Shown here piece after piece: positions 29,653 to 38,094 of a stretch of DNA of 60,887 bases. How positions within the stretch are numbered: position 1 is the first letter of the stretch; every line of letters starts with the position of its first letter. A model generated the notes under the pieces. It was not told the DNA's origin. It worked only from the letters and a program-made list of their open reading frames with translations, and made no database searches. The DNA is taken from NCBI GenBank assembly GCA_035764505.1, contig DASTZC010000226.1:1-60887 (forward strand). The letters are read 5' to 3'. This stretch comes from Candidatus Polarisedimenticolia bacterium. GTDB taxonomy: Bacteria > Acidobacteriota > Polarisedimenticolia > Gp22-AA2 > AA152. A program made the translations under genes and the position numbers.

Positions 29653-30792
29653 TCACACTCCAGCTTGAGCCGCCGCGCCGGCCGGCGACGGCCGGTAGGC
29701 GCACCACGGATCGCTCGCGAGATAGTTCCCCGTCAGCGCGAAGGCGCGGGATCGCGAGCCGCCGCACACGCCGCGGAACTCGCATCGTCCGCAGACGCCG
29801 AGGAAGCTCTCCGGAGTGCGGAGGCTGCGGAACAGCGGAGTCTCCCGGTACATCGATGCCAGCGGCGCCGTTCGGATGTTGCCCGCCTTCACCGGGAGGA
29901 AGCCGCTCGGATAGACGTCGCCGAGGTGTGAGACGAAGAGAAAGCCGTTGCCTGAATTGACCCCCTGGGAGGCAAGGCCGATCGTATGCCCGGGTCCTTC
30001 GGTGCGCACGAGCTGAGCCGGCAGCGACTGCCCCGAGCGGCTCCCCGTCGGCGCGGAGCCCCGCAAACCTTCCCGCATCATGACGTAACGGCGGAAATGC
30101 GGTGCCTCGGTGACCTTCACGAGGAACTCGGAGCGCTTCTGCACCTGATAGAGGATCTCGAACAGCTCCTCGCACTGCTCGGCGGTCAACCCGTTGAGCT
30201 TCGATCCCCTGCCCGTCGGGATCAGGAAGAAGACCTCCCAGAAGACCACGCCGAGGCGGGTCACCAGCTCGGCCATCTCCTCCAGATAGGGCGCCGACTC
30301 GGCGCACAGGGTCGTATTGATCTGCAGCGGAAGATCGTGCCGGTGGGCCCATTCCACCGCCTGCATCGTCTTGGCATAGGCGCCGGGAACGCCGCGGAAG
30401 GCGTCGTGCAGCGCCGCGGTCGGGTAGTCGAGACTCTGCGCCATCTGGCTCAGCCCGGCCTGCTTCAGATCCTTCACCACCTCCTCGGTCAGCCGCTCGG
30501 TCGCGGCCGGGATGGTGGCCATGCGAAGGCCGAGGTTCGCTCCCGTGCGGATCAGGCGCATCAGGTCGGGGCGCTTGAGCGGATCGCCGCCGCTCAGAAT
30601 GAAGATCGGAGTACCGAGCCCGGCCGCCTGGCGCAGGAGGTCCTCTCCTTCCTCGGTGGTCAGCTCGTCGCAATGGCGCAGCGGCTGGGCCGAGGCCCGG
30701 CAGTGCAGGCAGGCGAGATCGCAGGACTGGGTGGTCTCCCAGATGATCAGGAAGGGAGTGCGATCGTAGTCCAGCCGGGGCATCTTCATCAT
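29653..30792 (-). CDS. radical SAM/SPASM domain protein (TIGR04053-like)
   Basis: 379 aa. The CxxxCxxC motif is ETTQSCDLACLHCRA. Other motifs are ILSGGDPL, VFWEVFFLIPTGRG and VTEAPHFRR, and the C-terminal SPASM Cys cluster is CGRCEFRGVCGGSRSRA...DPWC. Confidence 0.8.
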   Translation of the reverse strand: MMKMPRLDYDRTPFLIIWETTQSCDLACLHCRASAQPLRHCDELTTEEGEDLLRQAAGLGTPIFILSGGDPLKRPDLMRLIRTGANLGLRMATIPAATERLTEEVVKDLKQAGLSQMAQSLDYPTAALHDAFRGVPGAYAKTMQAVEWAHRHDLPLQINTTLCAESAPYLEEMAELVTRLGVVFWEVFFLIPTGRGSKLNGLTAEQCEELFEILYQVQKRSEFLVKVTEAPHFRRYVMMREGLRGSAPTGSRSGQSLPAQLVRTEGPGHTIGLASQGVNSGNGFLFVSHLGDVYPSGFLPVKAGNIRTAPLASMYRETPLFRSLRTPESFLGVCGRCEFRGVCGGSRSRAFALTGNYLASDPWCAYRPSPAGAAAQAGV

Positions 30793-31324
30793 GGCGACCG
30801 CTCCTTCGACGCCCGCGTGCCACGCCTCGAGGCGGGAAACGGGGACAGCCTTCGCAGGAGGTACAGCAACGACTGTGCCACGCTCATTCCCCCTGCGCTC
30901 GGCGCGGTGCCCCGGCGACCCCGGCTCACGGGCCTTCAGGCGACCCGGTTGCCTCTAAAAATTTCGCAGAGCCTCTCGATTCCCCGCAAATCTTTCGCTC
31001 GCCTCGAGCCCGGTTCCTCGCTCTTGCCCGCGCGCAAACCGGTTTTTGCAGCGTTTCCATGGGGAAGCAGAGATTTCGTTCCTGTGTTTTCGCCGTGCAC
31101 GCTTCTTGCAGTTCTGCTGCGGCGGGCAGGGGCAGGCAACGGCAAAGGGTTGCAGCCGTTCTCTCTCCCGGCGCCCTGGATCCAAGCAAAAACCGCGAAC
31201 GTCTCGCGGGCGACTCCCCCCCAGCAGGGAGGTGATGAAAGGCCGGGGAGCAGAGTGAATGCGGGATTCACCGTGGGATGAACGGACCAACTCCTTCCCT
31301 CAAGGGGAAGCACACGAGGCGCAC

Positions 31325-32617
31325 ATGAGAACGCTAACCAAGATCGTCGCGGTGACGGCCTCCGTGGCGGCGCTCTTCCTGTGGGGGACGCCGGTATGGG
31401 CGTTCCACGACGGTGGCGTCGCCTATTGCACGGGCTGCCATAGCATGCACAGCTCCCCCAGCTCGAGCCACCTGCTGATGAAGAGCGACGCCGGTTCCAC
31501 CTGCCTGCGCTGTCATGAAAGAACCGGCGACGCCGGGCCGAGCAGCTATCACATCAGCACTCCGGCGAGCGAGTTGCTGAATGCGACCGACATTCCCAAG
31601 CAGCGCACACCCGGTGGTGATTTCGGCTGGCTGCGGCAGAACCTCACGGCCCTCTCCACCTTCGGCAGCCCCGTCAACAACCAGGGATTCACTCGCGGTC
31701 ACAACATCATCGCGATGGACAACAGCTACACCTTCGTCGACGGTCCCACCGCTCCGGGCGGGACGATGCCGGCGTCGGAGCTGACCTGCATCAGCTGCCA
31801 TGATCCGCACAGCCGCGCCCGCCGTCTCGACGACGGCAGCGTCGTCTATCCCACCAGCGTCGGCGTCTCCGCGCCGATCGAGGAGTCGGGCTCCTACGGC
31901 TTCGTCCCCGGCCCGGGGATGGCGGCGGGGGTCTACCGCCTGCTCGGCGGATCGGCCTACCAGGCCTTCGACAGCGGCCCGAGCTTCCCCGGAGTGCCGG
32001 CGGCCGTGGTTCCAAACACCTACAATCGGACGGAAGCCGCGACCCAGACCCGGGTGGCGTACGGGCACGGCACCACGAGCGGCTACGTCTCCTGGGGCAA
32101 GTGGTGCTCCACCTGCCACACCGGCATGCACTCCGACACGGCCTCGAACCTCGTCCACGTCGTCGACGCTCAGCTCAACGCGAACGCCGACATCTACAAC
32201 TCCTACATCAAGACCGGCGATCTCACCGGGAGCTCGGCGAACTCTTACACGTCGCTCGTCCCCTTCGCCAAGAACACCAATGACGTGGCGACCCTCGCCC
32301 TCCAGGCCCTCAACGACGATTCCGATCTGACCGGCCCGGCCGGGACGGATCGAATCGGATGCCTCTCCTGCCACCGCGCGCACGCCAGCGGCTGGAGATT
32401 TGGGATGCGCTGGAACAGCGAGTCGGAGTTCCTGACGCTGGCCGACGGAACCGGCGCCCCGGTCTACCCGGGTGTCGATGCCGGCATGGGCAACCAGGGC
32501 CAGTACAACCGCGGCTACACGGTGAACCAGATGAAGGCGGCGTACTACGATCGTCCGCCGACGGTCTTCGCCGCGGCTCAGAGGCAGTACTGCAACAAGT
32601 GCCACGCGAAGGATTGA
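31325..32617 (+). CDS. omcS: hexahaem c-type cytochrome, OmcS-like (cytochrome-filament family)
   Basis: 430 aa with signal peptide ...GTPVWA|FHDGGVAYCTGCHSMH. There are six CxxCH motifs (CTGCH, CLRCH, CISCH, CSTCH, CLSCH, CNKCH). From memory of G. sulfurreducens OmcS, colinear motifs are FHSGGV..C.GCH.MH, GPSSYHIS, TPGGDFGW, YNRTEA.TQTRVAYG, YNSY.K.GDLTG, CLSCHRAHASG and C-terminal CNKCHAKD. Confidence 0.85.
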   Translation: MRTLTKIVAVTASVAALFLWGTPVWAFHDGGVAYCTGCHSMHSSPSSSHLLMKSDAGSTCLRCHERTGDAGPSSYHISTPASELLNATDIPKQRTPGGDFGWLRQNLTALSTFGSPVNNQGFTRGHNIIAMDNSYTFVDGPTAPGGTMPASELTCISCHDPHSRARRLDDGSVVYPTSVGVSAPIEESGSYGFVPGPGMAAGVYRLLGGSAYQAFDSGPSFPGVPAAVVPNTYNRTEAATQTRVAYGHGTTSGYVSWGKWCSTCHTGMHSDTASNLVHVVDAQLNANADIYNSYIKTGDLTGSSANSYTSLVPFAKNTNDVATLALQALNDDSDLTGPAGTDRIGCLSCHRAHASGWRFGMRWNSESEFLTLADGTGAPVYPGVDAGMGNQGQYNRGYTVNQMKAAYYDRPPTVFAAAQRQYCNKCHAKD

Positions 32618-32657
32618 CCGGACGATCCGGGCTCCCGCCCGGATCCCGGAAAGACTC

Positions 32658-32683
32658 AGGGGCCGGCCGCTTGGCCGGCCCCT
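32658..32683 (+). terminator. GC-rich stem-loop (attenuator/terminator-like) after the OmcS-like gene
   Basis: AGGGGCCGGCC-GCTT-GGCCGGCCCCT, a perfect 11-bp stem 40 nt after the stop, followed by TGTCGTGTT (a weak U-tract). Confidence 0.5.
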
Positions 32684-32707
32684 TGTCGTGTTAGGCTGAG
32701 GCCCGAA

Positions 32708-34138
32708 TTGGGCCGATGGCCCGTCCTTCCCGGGGACGATTTGAGAGCGCTGGCAGGAGCTTTGCTCGTTCTCTTCGCAGCGGCCGGTTGTGCCGCTTCG
32801 AGGCTCGTCGACAAGTCGCCGCTTCCGAGGGACGAGGCCCGCATTCATCTCTACCTCCTCCCGCTTCCCCCGGACGCTGCCCGCCTCGAGGTTCTCCTGG
32901 AGGGAGCCTCCGCCGTGCGGGAAGATGGATCGCTGATTCCGCTGCAGCTCGCATTCAATCGCCTCCGAGCGGGAGATCCCGATCGCGAGCGGCGGCTCGC
33001 CTCGGGGCCGGCCCCCCCCGGCCGCTACGCCGGATTGGAGCTGCGGATCGGCTCCGCCGCCCTGACGGGCGAAGGGGGCGGCGCCCTCGGCACCGACGCC
33101 GCCGTCACGGTTCCTTTTCTTTTCACGGTGCAGGAAAAGCAGCCCGTGGTGATTTCGCTGCGTCTCGATCATGCCGGCTCGATGACCGAGGGGATGCGCT
33201 TCCAGCCGTCCTTCGTGGCCGAGGCGCCGCCCCGGCCGCCGTCCGGCCTGATTGCCCTGGCCAGCGCGCGCGGCTCGGACGAGCTGGCGATCTTCGACAA
33301 GGTGTCCGGCCGGATTGCCGGAATCGTCCCGACCGGACGCCGTCCGGGGGGGCTGGCGCTGGATTCCGCCCGGCGGCGCGCCTACGTTGCCGTCACCGGG
33401 GAGGATCGGATTGAAGCGATCGGGCTCCTCGAGCAGGCGGTGCTCGCCCGGCTGAACCTGCGGGTCGGGGACGAGCCGGTGGAGGTCGCGCTGACCCCCG
33501 ACGGCCAGACGCTGGTCACCGCGAATGCCGGGTCCAGCAGCGCCAGCATCGTGGACGCATTGGCGCTCGTGGAGCGCGCGCGCGTTTCGGTCGGCAACGA
33601 GCCGGGATCGGTTCTCCTGGATCGGGCCGGACGGCGCGCCTACCTGTTCAACACCGGCTCGAGCAGCATCACCGTCATCGACGTGGCGGCGCGTGCGGTG
33701 GTGGCCACCCTGGGGACGGAGGCGGGGCCGCTGCGCGGACAGCTCGACCGGGACGGCAGGCGCCTGTACGTCATTCATCGCGCCTCCCCTTACCTGACGA
33801 TTTTCGACACGAACACGCTCGCGGCAGTCGCCCGCACCTACGTCGGTCCCGGGGCGACCGCGCTGAAGGTCGATCCGAAGACCGACCGGATCTACCTGGC
33901 TCGCCGAAAAACGGGGATCCTCGAGATCTTCGATCCTGCCTCCCTCCTGCCCACCGACTCCATCCCGGTGGACGGCGAGATCTCCTTCGTCACCATCGAC
34001 GACGAGGGAAACGCCCTGGTGCTCACCTTGCCGGGGTCCGGGGAGGCGCGCCGGATCGGAATCGCCGGGAAGACGGCCGCCGCGCGCACCGACGTCGGGG
34101 CCGATCCCCGTTACGCGGCCCTGGTCGGAGAAAGGTGA
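32708..34138 (+). CDS. YVTN-type beta-propeller lipoprotein with N-terminal DUF4382-like domain
   Basis: 476-aa track ORF with a TTG start. An alternative TTG at 32741 gives an ideal lipoprotein signal (M)RALAGALLVLFAAAG|C. The propeller blades repeat the patterns P.G.A.D...R.YV.......I.VID. Confidence 0.75.
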   Translation: MGRWPVLPGDDLRALAGALLVLFAAAGCAASRLVDKSPLPRDEARIHLYLLPLPPDAARLEVLLEGASAVREDGSLIPLQLAFNRLRAGDPDRERRLASGPAPPGRYAGLELRIGSAALTGEGGGALGTDAAVTVPFLFTVQEKQPVVISLRLDHAGSMTEGMRFQPSFVAEAPPRPPSGLIALASARGSDELAIFDKVSGRIAGIVPTGRRPGGLALDSARRRAYVAVTGEDRIEAIGLLEQAVLARLNLRVGDEPVEVALTPDGQTLVTANAGSSSASIVDALALVERARVSVGNEPGSVLLDRAGRRAYLFNTGSSSITVIDVAARAVVATLGTEAGPLRGQLDRDGRRLYVIHRASPYLTIFDTNTLAAVARTYVGPGATALKVDPKTDRIYLARRKTGILEIFDPASLLPTDSIPVDGEISFVTIDDEGNALVLTLPGSGEARRIGIAGKTAAARTDVGADPRYAALVGER

Positions 34139-34176
34139 CGGGTGGTGTGGATCGCGGACGCGCGCGCGCGCCGGGA

Positions 34177-36348
34177 ATGCAGCCAAGGCGATTTCCGGCA
34201 TCGTGGCTCGCCGTCCTGGTGGCCGGCTTGCTCATCCCCACCTCCGGGGCGCGCGCCCAGGACGTCTCGGGATACGCGGAGCTGGCGGCCTCGCGGGACC
34301 GCACTCACCTGGTGGATGGAGGGGTCACGGACGTGCTGAGCGACTCGTTCCTGCAGCGCTACAGCGTCGACTTCCTGTGGCGGCTGTATCCGAATCTCCA
34401 GGTAATGGCCGGAGGTCTGTACGAGCGCGACTTCACCGAGGCCTCCCTGAACGACGTCGATCTCGAGACGCTGCAGCGCAAGGTCCGGCCCTACGTCACG
34501 GCCACGCTGCGCACGCCGATCCAGTCGGCCTCGGTGGGCTGGTATCGTAACGAAGACACCTTTCGTTCGGACGGGTCCTCCCTCGGAGCCGTGCAGGAGA
34601 TCGTGAACGCCACCCTGGGATGGAGGCCGGAGCGCTTTCCGCAAACCACCCTGCGGTTCCTGCGCACCCACGACTACGATCCTGACCGCGTGATCCAGGA
34701 CACCAACACCGACCTGCTCGACCTGGTCCTGGAGGACGAGGTGAAGGACTCGGTGCACATCTACTACCGAGGGGCCCTCGAGGAGATTGACGATCGGATC
34801 AACGACTTCCAGCTGAACCGCATCTCCCATTCGGGACGGGTCGACTATGGCGACTCCTGGTGGGACCAGCGCCTCCAGGTGGGCGGGGAATACGACATCC
34901 ACAAGACGTCGGAGGAGGTGACGAGCAGCGGCGGCGGCGAGGTGCTCACGCCGCTGTTTCCCATCGGCGGTCTGTCGGGCCTCGACGATACCCCGGCCGA
35001 CGGCTTCCTGGCGGCCACCCCCGCGCTGATCGACGAGGATCGGATCGCCGGCGTCGGGCTCGACCTCGGGCTGCCGCCGATCGGCGGGGACGTCCGTCCG
35101 CGCAATCTCGGGCTCGACTTCGGGGCGACGACCCGCGTGAACACTCTCTTCGTCTGGGTGGACCGCGACCTCCCGGCCGCGGTCTCCGGCTCGTTCTCCT
35201 GGGAGCTGTACACCAGCGCCGACAACGTGACCTGGCAGCTCGAGCAGACCATCTTTCCGGCGCTGTTCGGGCCGTTCGTGACCCGCTTCGAGATTCGCTT
35301 CACCGCCGTGGACGCCCGCTACGTCAAGCTCGCGGTGCGTCCTCTTGCCGCCAGCGTTCCGAACGCGACCCAGTTTCCCAATATCTTCATCACCGAGCTG
35401 CAGGCCGCCGTCCGGACCGCGGCGGCGGATGCGACCGGCCGGAACGAGCTGACCACACAGCTCCTGACCACGAGCCTGAGGCTCCGGCTGACCGATCGTC
35501 CCGCCGTGACCTACGAGTTCTCCGCCTTCGGTCGGAAGATCGAGGACTTTCCGGTCTACGGCACGATCTCCAACGGATTCTCGCTGCACCACGTCTTCAA
35601 TCCGGTCTACTCGACGATGGCCCGCGTGGCCCGCGAGGACAGCCACGAGTCGGATGGCGACCGCACCACCTACCTCTATACGGCGTCGCTCCGGGCGGTT
35701 CCGCTGTCGACCCTGGAAAGCACGCTGGTGTTCAGCGGCCGATCCTCGGAGCACGAGGGACTGCCAAGCGATTCGGCCGGGGTGCGCTGGACGACGCAGG
35801 CCGAGCTCTACCGGGGAATCAGCGCGCGGCTGGGTCTCGGGCGCTCGGCCGTGCTGACCGAGGACGGAGAGCGCACGGAGATGCGGGAGGTCGACGTCCT
35901 GACGACCCTCGACCCGCACCCGGCGGTGACCCTGAGCCTGCTTGTTCAGGACGACTCGGGGAACCGCCAGGGCGGGCACCTGGTGGAGGAGGTGCCGGTG
36001 GAGCGGCAGGCCGAGGAGGCGGGAGTGACGTTCCGGCCCTTCGCCACCCTCTATATGTTCTTCTCCTACCGGCGGGACCGCGAGAATTCCCTGCCGGTCC
36101 GCTTCACGCGCAGCTCGTCGGCGAGCTGGGCCCCTTTCCCCGACGGGCGGCTCCAGATTCTGTTCCGTTTCGACGACTCGTACCGCTCGGATTTGGAGGC
36201 GGAGAGCCGGATCTTCTCTCCACGTGTGCGCTGGAACGTCACCGACCGCTGGTATCTCGAGGCCGCCTACGAGAGCGCCGAGTTCAATTCCGCCCTGGAC
36301 GATCGCTCGTCCGACATCGTAACGTTCAGCACGCGGATATGGTTCTGA
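34177..36348 (+). CDS. large outer-membrane beta-barrel protein with internal discoidin (F5/8 type C)-like segment
   Basis: 723 aa counted from MQPRRFPASWLAVLVAGLLIPTSGARA|QD. Amphipathic strands run throughout. The central NTLFVWVDRDL...WELYTSADNVTWQLEQ...FTAVDARYVKLAV is discoidin-like. The C-terminal beta-signal ...VTFSTRIWF ends in Phe. Confidence 0.7.
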   Translation: MQPRRFPASWLAVLVAGLLIPTSGARAQDVSGYAELAASRDRTHLVDGGVTDVLSDSFLQRYSVDFLWRLYPNLQVMAGGLYERDFTEASLNDVDLETLQRKVRPYVTATLRTPIQSASVGWYRNEDTFRSDGSSLGAVQEIVNATLGWRPERFPQTTLRFLRTHDYDPDRVIQDTNTDLLDLVLEDEVKDSVHIYYRGALEEIDDRINDFQLNRISHSGRVDYGDSWWDQRLQVGGEYDIHKTSEEVTSSGGGEVLTPLFPIGGLSGLDDTPADGFLAATPALIDEDRIAGVGLDLGLPPIGGDVRPRNLGLDFGATTRVNTLFVWVDRDLPAAVSGSFSWELYTSADNVTWQLEQTIFPALFGPFVTRFEIRFTAVDARYVKLAVRPLAASVPNATQFPNIFITELQAAVRTAAADATGRNELTTQLLTTSLRLRLTDRPAVTYEFSAFGRKIEDFPVYGTISNGFSLHHVFNPVYSTMARVAREDSHESDGDRTTYLYTASLRAVPLSTLESTLVFSGRSSEHEGLPSDSAGVRWTTQAELYRGISARLGLGRSAVLTEDGERTEMREVDVLTTLDPHPAVTLSLLVQDDSGNRQGGHLVEEVPVERQAEEAGVTFRPFATLYMFFSYRRDRENSLPVRFTRSSSASWAPFPDGRLQILFRFDDSYRSDLEAESRIFSPRVRWNVTDRWYLEAAYESAEFNSALDDRSSDIVTFSTRIWF

Positions 36349-36938
36349 GGAGGACCCGCCCCTTGAAGCGCATCTGGATGATGTCCCTGGCCGGCATGCT
36401 GGCGCTGCTTTCGGCGTGCGCCACCTCGCAGGGGGAACGCACGACGTTCCACGACCCGAATATGGACTTCAGCACCCTCCACAAGGTGGCGGTGCTTCCC
36501 TTCGCGAACCTGACGACGAGCGCCAAGGCGGAGGAGCGGGTGCGCGACGTCTTCATGACGATGCTGCAGGCGACCGGCGCGTTCTACGTCCTTCCTCCCG
36601 GCGAGGTGGCCCGGGCCGTCTCCCGGACCGGTCTTGCCAATCCGTCGGCGCCGACCGCCGAGGAGGCGGTGAAGCTCGCGAAGAACCTCGAGGCCGACGC
36701 GATCCTGACCGGCAGCCTGCTGGAATACGGCGAGGTGCGCTCCGCCTCGGCGAGCGCCAACGTGATCTCGGTGAACGTCGCGATGATGGAATCCACCACC
36801 GGCAAGGTCGTCTGGAGCGCTTCCGCCACCGAAGGGGGGATCGGCGCCGGCAAGCGCCTCTTCGGAGGAGGCGGGGAGCCGATGAACGTGGTCACGGCCA
36901 AAGCGGTGGAAGACTTGATCCACGAGCTTTTCAAGTAG
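36339..36938 (+). CDS. TolB-N/LpoB/DUF799-like lipoprotein
   Basis: It sits inside the tail of track ORF 34860..36938. MVLRRTRPLKRIWMMSLAGMLALLSA|C is a lipobox. The core reads VAVLPFANLTTS...ADAILTGSLLEYG...GKVVWSASA. Its start overlaps the barrel gene's stop. Confidence 0.7.
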   Translation: MVLRRTRPLKRIWMMSLAGMLALLSACATSQGERTTFHDPNMDFSTLHKVAVLPFANLTTSAKAEERVRDVFMTMLQATGAFYVLPPGEVARAVSRTGLANPSAPTAEEAVKLAKNLEADAILTGSLLEYGEVRSASASANVISVNVAMMESTTGKVVWSASATEGGIGAGKRLFGGGGEPMNVVTAKAVEDLIHELFK

Positions 36939-36939
36939 A

Positions 36940-38094
36940 ATGACGCCCCCTAGGGAACCTCGCATGATGCTCATCCGCCGGCGGCTCGCGGCCGCCCTGA
37001 TGGCCGTTGCGGCCGCGGTCGGCTCTCGCGGCCGGCTCTGCGCGGAGGACCTGCGGGTCCCCGCCCCCGCGGAGGAGATCGCCGTCTTCCCGTTCGAGGA
37101 CCTTTCGGCCGCGGCGGCGCCGGCGGAGGAGATCGGGGAGCGCTTCCGCGAGGCCCTGGAGGCCCGCGGACTGCGGGTCCTCCGGCCGGACGCGACGGAA
37201 GCGTTTCTGCGCCGGCACAGGGTGCGCTGGGTCGGCGGGATCTCCCGAGAGGTGGGAAAGTCGCTGCGCGAGGAGACCGGGGCCGGCGCCGTGCTGGTCG
37301 CCTCGGTCGATCTCTTCGACGCAGGCTCCGTCCCACGCTTCGCGCTCACCGCGCGCCTCGTGTCGGCCGGGCCGGAGCCGCGCATCCTCTGGATGGATGC
37401 CGCCTCGGGCGCCGGCGACGAGAAGCCCGGGGTGCTCGACCTCGGCCTGGTCTACGACGTCGCGCTCCTGGAGGAGCGGGCCATCGACCGTCTGGCCGGC
37501 TCGCTCGATCCCGTCTGGAGGCTGGGCCACGTCAAGCGTCCCGGGCCGGAGAAGGCGGCGAGAAGCCGCCGGCCGCGCAGTTTCTTCCGGTCTCCGGAAG
37601 GGGCGGGCGCCTGGAAGGCGGCCGCGAAGACCGCCGTGCTTCCCTTCGCCAACGGGACGACGGCGCCGGATGCCGGCCAGATTGTCACCCTGCAGATCGT
37701 TCGCGCCCTGGTGAACGGGAGCAATCTGGAGGTGCTCGAGCCCGGAGTCGTCCGCGAGACGCTCCTCCAGTCGCGGCTGATCCAGGAGGAAGGGCTTTCG
37801 GTCCCGCAAGCCGACCTGCTGCGCGCGGTCCTGGGTGTGGACCTGGCGCTGTTCGGAGAAGTCACGGAATATGTCGAAGGAGGTCCCGCAGGGTTCGAGC
37901 CGGCAGTCGATTTTTCGGTGCGCGCGATCGACACGCAGCGCGGGCAGGTCATCTGGTCCTCGATCAGCCAGGAGCGCGGCTTCGAGGGAGCCGTCTTTTT
38001 CGGCCTCGGCCGGATCCCGACCGCCCACCTCCTGACCTCAGAAATGTCCCGGTCCCTCGTGGCGACTCTCGAGGGTCCCAAAGGAGCACGATGA
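36940..38094 (+). CDS. secreted protein with two tandem TolB-N/LpoB-like modules
   Basis: 384 aa. Module 1 is IAVFPFEDLS...VLVASVDLF. Module 2 is TAVLPFANGTT...DLALFGEVTEYV...GQVIWSSIS. Both resemble the preceding lipoprotein. Confidence 0.65.
   Translation: MTPPREPRMMLIRRRLAAALMAVAAAVGSRGRLCAEDLRVPAPAEEIAVFPFEDLSAAAAPAEEIGERFREALEARGLRVLRPDATEAFLRRHRVRWVGGISREVGKSLREETGAGAVLVASVDLFDAGSVPRFALTARLVSAGPEPRILWMDAASGAGDEKPGVLDLGLVYDVALLEERAIDRLAGSLDPVWRLGHVKRPGPEKAARSRRPRSFFRSPEGAGAWKAAAKTAVLPFANGTTAPDAGQIVTLQIVRALVNGSNLEVLEPGVVRETLLQSRLIQEEGLSVPQADLLRAVLGVDLALFGEVTEYVEGGPAGFEPAVDFSVRAIDTQRGQVIWSSISQERGFEGAVFFGLGRIPTAHLLTSEMSRSLVATLEGPKGAR

Noticed and set aside
31095-31110. Sigma-54-like -24/-12 element GTGCACGCTTCTTGCA upstream of the OmcS-like gene
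   Set aside because: The spacing and the TTGCA -12 box fit, but the invariant GG of the -24 box is TG, and no enhancer-binding protein gene is nearby. This is too weak to call.
31334-34201. 955-aa minus-strand ORF spanning the OmcS-like and YVTN genes
   Set aside because: It is antisense to two well-supported genes with CxxCH motifs, signal peptides and propeller repeats. Its translation has no motifs and the Arg/Gly/Pro-rich composition of a high-GC frame artefact.
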